This document shows, one piece after another, positions 17,177 to 21,260 of a DNA stretch of 21,260 nucleotides; positions within the stretch are counted from its first letter, which is position 1; each line of letters opens with the position of its first letter. This stretch comes from an uncultured archaeon. GTDB lineage: Archaea > Iainarchaeota > Iainarchaeia > Iainarchaeales > CSSED10-239. The DNA lies in assembly GCA_964463155.1 (NCBI GenBank), contig CAYXAY010000007.1:6237-27496 (forward strand). The letters run 5' to 3'. The position numbers and the translations under genes were made by a program. Under the pieces are notes generated by a model. It ran no database searches. It was given only the letters and a program-made list of their open reading frames with translations, and had not been told where the DNA came from.

Positions 17177-18121
17177 ATGTCTTATATTAGATTCTTTAAA
17201 GACCTTACAAAAGACTCAGTAAGCATGGCTGGCGGAAAAGGCGCATCTCTTGGAGAGATGAACAATTATGGTTTTCCAATACCCTATGGTTTTGTTGTTG
17301 TTTCTTTAGCCTTTGAAGATTTTATTAAAGAAAACAAAATTGGTTCGAAAATAAAAGAAATATTAAAAACAGTAGACACAAACAAATCAGACACCTCAGA
17401 AAAAGCATCAAAAGACATTGAAAATCTAATTTTAAATGGTGCACTAAATAAAGATTTAGAAAAAGAAATACTAGATTCTTTTAAGCAATTAAATACAGAA
17501 TATGTTGCAGTAAGGTCAAGCGCCACAGCAGAAGACTCCTCAAGTGATGCTTGGGCAGGTCAACTTGATTCATTTCTTAACACTAAAGAACAGAATTTAT
17601 TAGAAAATGTAAAAAAATGCTTTGCTTCTCTTTTTACTCAAAGAGCAATTGTTTACAGAATTGAAAAAGGACTACTTGATAAGAAAATATCGGTTGCTGT
17701 TGTTGTTCAAAAAATGGTTAATTCTGAGAAATCCGGAATTGCTTTTTCAGTTAATCCAGTAACTAACGATTACTCACAAATGATAATTGAAGCAGGATAT
17801 GGTCTTGGAGAAGCCATTGTTTCTGGGCAAATTACTCCCGACAGTTATATTGTCTCAAAAACACACGAAATCTTGGACAAACACAAGGGCACTCAAAGTA
17901 AAGCATTATATCGCTCACCAGACGATCAAGGAAATATTTGGAAAGAAATCACAAATGAGAAATCAGAACAAGTTTTATCTGATAATCAAATAATTGAATT
18001 ATCAAAAATAATTGATAATATTGAGAAACACTATACCTTCCCAGTAGATGTAGAGTGGGCTATTGAAAATGGAAATTTTTACATTCTCCAAAGTAGGCAA
18101 ATAACGACATTAAAAAAGTAA
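17177..18121 (+). CDS. PPDK_N-type ATP-grasp (nucleotide-binding) domain protein of the PEP synthase / pyruvate phosphate dikinase / rifampin phosphotransferase superfamily, 314 aa
   Basis: MAGGKGASLGEMNNYGFPIPYGFVV...YVAVRSSATAEDSSSDAWAGQLDSFLN...VAVVVQKMVNSEKSGIAFSVNP...EAGYGLGEAIVSGQITPD...VEWAIENGNFYILQSRQIT. It has no swivel or TIM-barrel domain. It has its own TATA-like TTTTTAAAG about 25 nt upstream, and its base composition resembles the core genes. Confidence 0.85.
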   Translation: MSYIRFFKDLTKDSVSMAGGKGASLGEMNNYGFPIPYGFVVVSLAFEDFIKENKIGSKIKEILKTVDTNKSDTSEKASKDIENLILNGALNKDLEKEILDSFKQLNTEYVAVRSSATAEDSSSDAWAGQLDSFLNTKEQNLLENVKKCFASLFTQRAIVYRIEKGLLDKKISVAVVVQKMVNSEKSGIAFSVNPVTNDYSQMIIEAGYGLGEAIVSGQITPDSYIVSKTHEILDKHKGTQSKALYRSPDDQGNIWKEITNEKSEQVLSDNQIIELSKIIDNIEKHYTFPVDVEWAIENGNFYILQSRQITTLKK

Positions 18122-18263
18122 TATATATAAACCATTCTTTACTATATTATATATTAGATATAGTCTATTTTTTTAAGTATTCAAGTGACTTGAAAAAGAC
18201 CTTTTGAGACTATAGCTATCTTTAGAATATTAATTATAAATCATAACTAAAAATGGAGAAATT

Positions 18264-20462
18264 ATGGGACGAAAAGAACTAGTTGCAGAACTTGCACAAA
18301 AATTAATGAGTAATACTAAAAATATTAGAAATATTGCAATCATTGCACATATTGATCATGGAAAATCAACATTAACTGATAACCTTGTAGCAACTGCAGG
18401 TCTAATCTCTAAAGAACTAGCAGGACAACAAGTATTCATGGATTCTTATATCCTTGAACAAGAAAGAGGAATTACAATCAATGCCTCAAACGTTTCTGTT
18501 CCTTGTGAGATTAATGGAGAGAAGTTTTTGGTAAATATTATTGACACACCAGGACACGTTGACTTTGGTGGAGATGTTATTAGAGCAATGAGAGCTGTTG
18601 ATGGAGCAGTCTTAGTTGTTGATGCTGTTGAAGGAGTTATGCCTCAGACAGAAACCGTTTTAAGACAAGCATTAAAGGAAAGAGTTAAACCAGTTCTTTT
18701 CATTAACAAAGTTGACAGATTAATAACTGAAATGAACGTTGCTCCAGAAGATATGCAAAAAAGATTTATTAAAGTTGTAATGGATATTAATAACTTGATT
18801 GCAAAAAACGCAGCAGAAGAATTTGCACAAAAATGGCAAGTAAATATTAAAGATGGTTCTGTATGTTTCGGTTCAGGATATCACAACTGGGCATTATCGG
18901 TTCCAGCAATGACTAAATACAATATAAAGTTTAGTGATATTGTTGATTACTGTAAAAACGAAAAACAAAAAGAACTTGCACAAAGAATACCAGTAAGTGA
19001 AGTTTTCTTAGAAATGGTTTCACAGCATTTACCAAATCCAATGGAATCACAAAAATACAGAATTCCAATTATCTGGGGTGGAGACTTAGAAACACCAGAA
19101 GGAAAAGCAATGACTGAATGTAATCATTCAGAAAACAACATTGCAATGATGGTCACTGACGTTGTTCTTGACAAACACGCAGGAGACATAGCTTCAGGGA
19201 GAATATATACAGGAACTATAAAGAAAGGGATGGACTTAAATGTTCTTGGCGCAGACAAAACTGCTAAAGTTCAGCAAGTTGGTATTTACTTAGGTCCCGA
19301 AAGAGTTATATTAGATGAAGTTGTAGCCGGTAACATTGTTTGTGTTATTGGTATGAAAGAAGTTTATGCAGGACAAACATTATCAAATAAAGAAATAAAA
19401 CCATTTGAAAGCTTTATGTCAGATGTTGAACCAGTAATGACTGTTTCAATTGAAGCAAAGAACAGCAAAGATCTTCCAAAACTAATCGAAGTTGTTCACA
19501 ACATCACAAAAGAAGACCCAAACATTAGAGCTGAACTAAACCAAGAAACAGGAGAGCACTTGATTTCGGGTATGGGTGAACTTCATTTAGAAATTACTCA
19601 ATATAAGATTGAAAAAGACAATAATATTCCAATAACTGTTAGTCCGCCAATTGTTCTATATTACGAAACAATACAAAAAGCATCACCAACAATTGAAGGA
19701 AAATCACCAAACAAACACAACAAGTTCAAGATTTCTGTTGAGCCTTTATCAGAAGAGATGCTTGCAAAAGTTAGAGCTATTAAGTTTGATGGAAGAATCA
19801 GAATAAACAAAGATGTAGAAATACAAAATAAATTTGTTGATGCTGGTTTTACAAGAGATGAATCAAAAAATATCTGGGCAGTTCATAACAATTGTATATT
19901 GATTAACAGAACAAAAGGTATTCAAAATCTGTTTGAAACAAGAGAACTTGTAATTGACGCATTCATGGATGCAACAAAGGAAGGACCAGTTGCAAAAGAA
20001 AAGGTTTCAGGAATAATTGTAAATCTTGAAGATGCAACTCTTCACGAAGATGCTATACACAGAGGTCCTGCTCAAGTTCTTCCCGCAATCACTAGAGCAA
20101 TATGGGCTTGTGTTCTTTCATCTGATTATACATTGTTCGAACCAAAGCAAAAACTTTCTGTTTCTGTTCCGCAAGACTTTATGGGTTCAGTTAACAGAGT
20201 TCTTGCAGGCAGAAGAACACAGATTGAAAGAATTGATATGGAAGGAGAATCCTGTATTGTTATTGGTAAGATTCCAGTTAAGTCATTAATTGGTTTAAGC
20301 CAAGAGATGAGAGGAGAAACCCAAGGAAGAGCAATTTGGACAGCAGAATACGCTGGTTATGAAAAATTACCAAAATCCATTCTTATGTCAACCATCACAG
20401 AAATAAGAACAAGAAAAGGAATGGAACCGGAGCCAAAGCCTGCAGAATTCTTCATGGACTAG
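18264..20462 (+). CDS. fusA: Translation elongation factor 2 (aEF-2)
   Basis: G-domain motifs AHIDHGKST, DTPGHVDF and NKVDR. The diphthamide-site region is HEDAIHRGPAQV. Length is 732 aa, with a GGAG Shine-Dalgarno upstream. Confidence 0.95.
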   Translation: MGRKELVAELAQKLMSNTKNIRNIAIIAHIDHGKSTLTDNLVATAGLISKELAGQQVFMDSYILEQERGITINASNVSVPCEINGEKFLVNIIDTPGHVDFGGDVIRAMRAVDGAVLVVDAVEGVMPQTETVLRQALKERVKPVLFINKVDRLITEMNVAPEDMQKRFIKVVMDINNLIAKNAAEEFAQKWQVNIKDGSVCFGSGYHNWALSVPAMTKYNIKFSDIVDYCKNEKQKELAQRIPVSEVFLEMVSQHLPNPMESQKYRIPIIWGGDLETPEGKAMTECNHSENNIAMMVTDVVLDKHAGDIASGRIYTGTIKKGMDLNVLGADKTAKVQQVGIYLGPERVILDEVVAGNIVCVIGMKEVYAGQTLSNKEIKPFESFMSDVEPVMTVSIEAKNSKDLPKLIEVVHNITKEDPNIRAELNQETGEHLISGMGELHLEITQYKIEKDNNIPITVSPPIVLYYETIQKASPTIEGKSPNKHNKFKISVEPLSEEMLAKVRAIKFDGRIRINKDVEIQNKFVDAGFTRDESKNIWAVHNNCILINRTKGIQNLFETRELVIDAFMDATKEGPVAKEKVSGIIVNLEDATLHEDAIHRGPAQVLPAITRAIWACVLSSDYTLFEPKQKLSVSVPQDFMGSVNRVLAGRRTQIERIDMEGESCIVIGKIPVKSLIGLSQEMRGETQGRAIWTAEYAGYEKLPKSILMSTITEIRTRKGMEPEPKPAEFFMD

Positions 20463-20490
20463 AATTAAAAAATTCTTTTCCGCCTTTTTT
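20461..20490 (+). terminator. Putative terminator after the EF-2 gene
   Basis: 6-bp hairpin AGAATT-AAAA-AATTCT overlapping the stop codon, followed by T4 and T6 tracts (archaeal oligo-T termination signals). Confidence 0.45.
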
Positions 20491-20552
20491 ATTTTCCTAA
20501 TTTTTCTTTTTCGTAATATTTTTTAAAAAACACACGAAATTTTGGACAACAC

Positions 20553-20606
20553 ACAGATATTTGGACAATCTTGATTTAATGGTCTGTGGCAGAGCCAAAT
20601 ATCTGT
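20553..20606. repeat. Perfect 12-bp inverted repeat with a 30-nt spacer
   Basis: ACAGATATTTGG (20553-20564) is the exact reverse complement of CCAAATATCTGT (20595-20606). TTGGACAA motifs sit at 20542, 20561 and 20654. Confidence 0.7.
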
Positions 20607-20742
20607 TTCGGTGGTATATCGCTTAAAATAAGGCTTAAAAACCTGTAAGAAATATTGGACAAAACCAAATAATAAGCTTTATATATCTATCTTGCATATA
20701 TATAGATAATTTTAATATTAATATTAAGAGGGGGGAAAGAAA

Positions 20743-20778
20743 ATGGCAGCAAAGAAGAAGAAAGCAAAGAAGAAATAA
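20743..20778 (+). CDS. Mini-ORF encoding MAAKKKKAKKK (11 codons)
   Basis: A purine-rich Shine-Dalgarno GAGGGGGGAAAGA (20728-20740) lies immediately upstream. TATA-like TTTATATAT is at 20677-20685, and a strong hairpin plus T-tract lies just downstream. Translation is unproven. Confidence 0.35.
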   Translation: MAAKKKKAKKK

Positions 20779-20789
20779 TTGCATAATTA

Positions 20790-20839
20790 GAAAGTAAAAA
20801 GGTATTATTTTTATTAAACTTTTTTTACTTTCCTTTTTT
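20790..20839 (+). terminator. Hairpin plus oligo-T terminator-like element after the mini-ORF
   Basis: GAAAGTAAAAA (20790-20800) pairs perfectly (11 bp) with TTTTTACTTTC (20822-20832) across a 21-nt loop, followed by T6 at 20834-20839. Confidence 0.5.
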
Positions 20840-20903
20840 ATATTTTAAACTAATTAAAAACCAAACAATCTTTTTTAAAGACCGTTTATATATATTATAT
20901 ATT

Positions 20904-21260
20904 ATGATAAAAAGAATTTTAGTTTTAGCAAGTCAAAGAAAGAAATCACAAGAGGCAATTTCCTTTTTCTCTAAATATCCATGTAAATTCAAGATATCCG
21001 CATTAATGTGTACTGATGAAAAACAACTAGATTTCTTTAAAAAACAGATAAAGGAATTACAGCCAGACATTGTGTTCTTCCCTAACAAGAACAGCGCAGA
21101 ACAGATTACTGATGAGTTTAATATAAAATGTTATTCTGATTATCTACAATATAATCAATTTCTTAAAGACAGCAACAGTGATTTGGTTGTTTCTGATCTA
21201 GTAGGAATTGATTCTGTTAGATTGATTCTTGCAACAATTGGTGAATATAAAGACATTTGC
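20904..21260 (+). CDS. Dxr-like (1-deoxy-D-xylulose-5-phosphate reductoisomerase N-domain-like) protein, 3'-truncated by the window end
   Basis: Hand-translated as MIKRILVLASQRKKSQEAISFFSKYPCKFKISALMCTDEKQLDFFKKQIKELQPDIVFF...DLVVSDLVGIDSVRLILATIGEYKDIC. It is collinear with the E. coli Dxr N-terminus as I recall it (K-LTILGSTGSIG...FRVVAL...FSPRYAV...[30 protein letters not shown]), but GSTGSIG is replaced by ASQRKKS. Confidence 0.4.
   Translation, partial: MIKRILVLASQRKKSQEAISFFSKYPCKFKISALMCTDEKQLDFFKKQIKELQPDIVFFPNKNSAEQITDEFNIKCYSDYLQYNQFLKDSNSDLVVSDLVGIDSVRLILATIGEYKDIC

Noticed and set aside
13380-17993. Embedded ORFs 13380-13562 (-), 15142-15471 (-), 17284-17526 (-) and 17787-17993 (+)
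   Set aside because: They lie inside the rSAM/SPASM, ThDP and PPDK_N genes, whose own frames carry clear family motifs. In AT-rich DNA, long spurious frames of this size are expected.
14153-18121. Phosphonate (fosfomycin or phosphinothricin-type) biosynthetic cluster, suggested by PEP-related genes plus a ThDP enzyme plus rSAM
   Set aside because: The hallmark PEP mutase (isocitrate-lyase fold) is absent. The PEP-related genes are dikinase ATP-grasp and swivel domains, not PepM. The ThDP enzyme is ALS-sized rather than the shorter phosphonopyruvate decarboxylase type.
20026-20289. Out-of-frame + strand ORF (87 aa) inside the EF-2 gene
   Set aside because: It overlaps the conserved C-terminal domains of EF-2 in another frame and has no independent signals.

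Overview
AT-rich archaeal chromosome segment. The archaeal assignment rests on split RNA polymerase subunits A'/A'' and B''/B', plus RpoH, L30e and EF-2; the lineage cannot be fixed from this window. The backbone is the conserved transcription/translation cluster rpoH-rpoB''-rpoB'-rpoA'-rpoA''-L30e-S12-S7 ... EF-2, all on the + strand and mostly preceded by GGTG/GTGA-type Shine-Dalgarno sequences. Upstream (1-2155) lie a tRNA 3' end, a small basic ORF, and an intact tRNA-Leu(CAA) bracketed by two direct copies of a decayed IS4/IS5-type element. The main finding is a roughly 5.5-6.5 kb, much more AT-rich accessory block wedged between rps7 and the EF-2 gene, which are adjacent in many archaeal genomes. 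It encodes a divergently transcribed radical SAM enzyme. It also carries a tightly packed + strand operon: candidate small peptide, PqqD-like RRE protein, radical SAM/SPASM maturase, ALS-like thiamine-diphosphate enzyme, stand-alone PEP-utilizer phosphohistidine swivel domain, and an orphan ~335-aa protein. A separately promoted, host-composition PPDK_N ATP-grasp protein follows. I read this as an undescribed RiPP-like or peptide-derived-cofactor-like cassette coupled to a dikinase-type phosphotransferase split into pieces; that reading is inference and needs HMM, structure and synteny checks. Other oddities:
- nusA is absent from its usual L30e-S12 slot.
- RpoH and L30e carry low-complexity extensions.
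- A probable decayed fragment of the PPDK_N gene lies downstream of EF-2.
- There is a complete-looking 11-codon polylysine mini-gene.
- A Dxr-like ORF with a degenerate NADPH motif runs off the window end.
No CRISPR array or rRNA is present.
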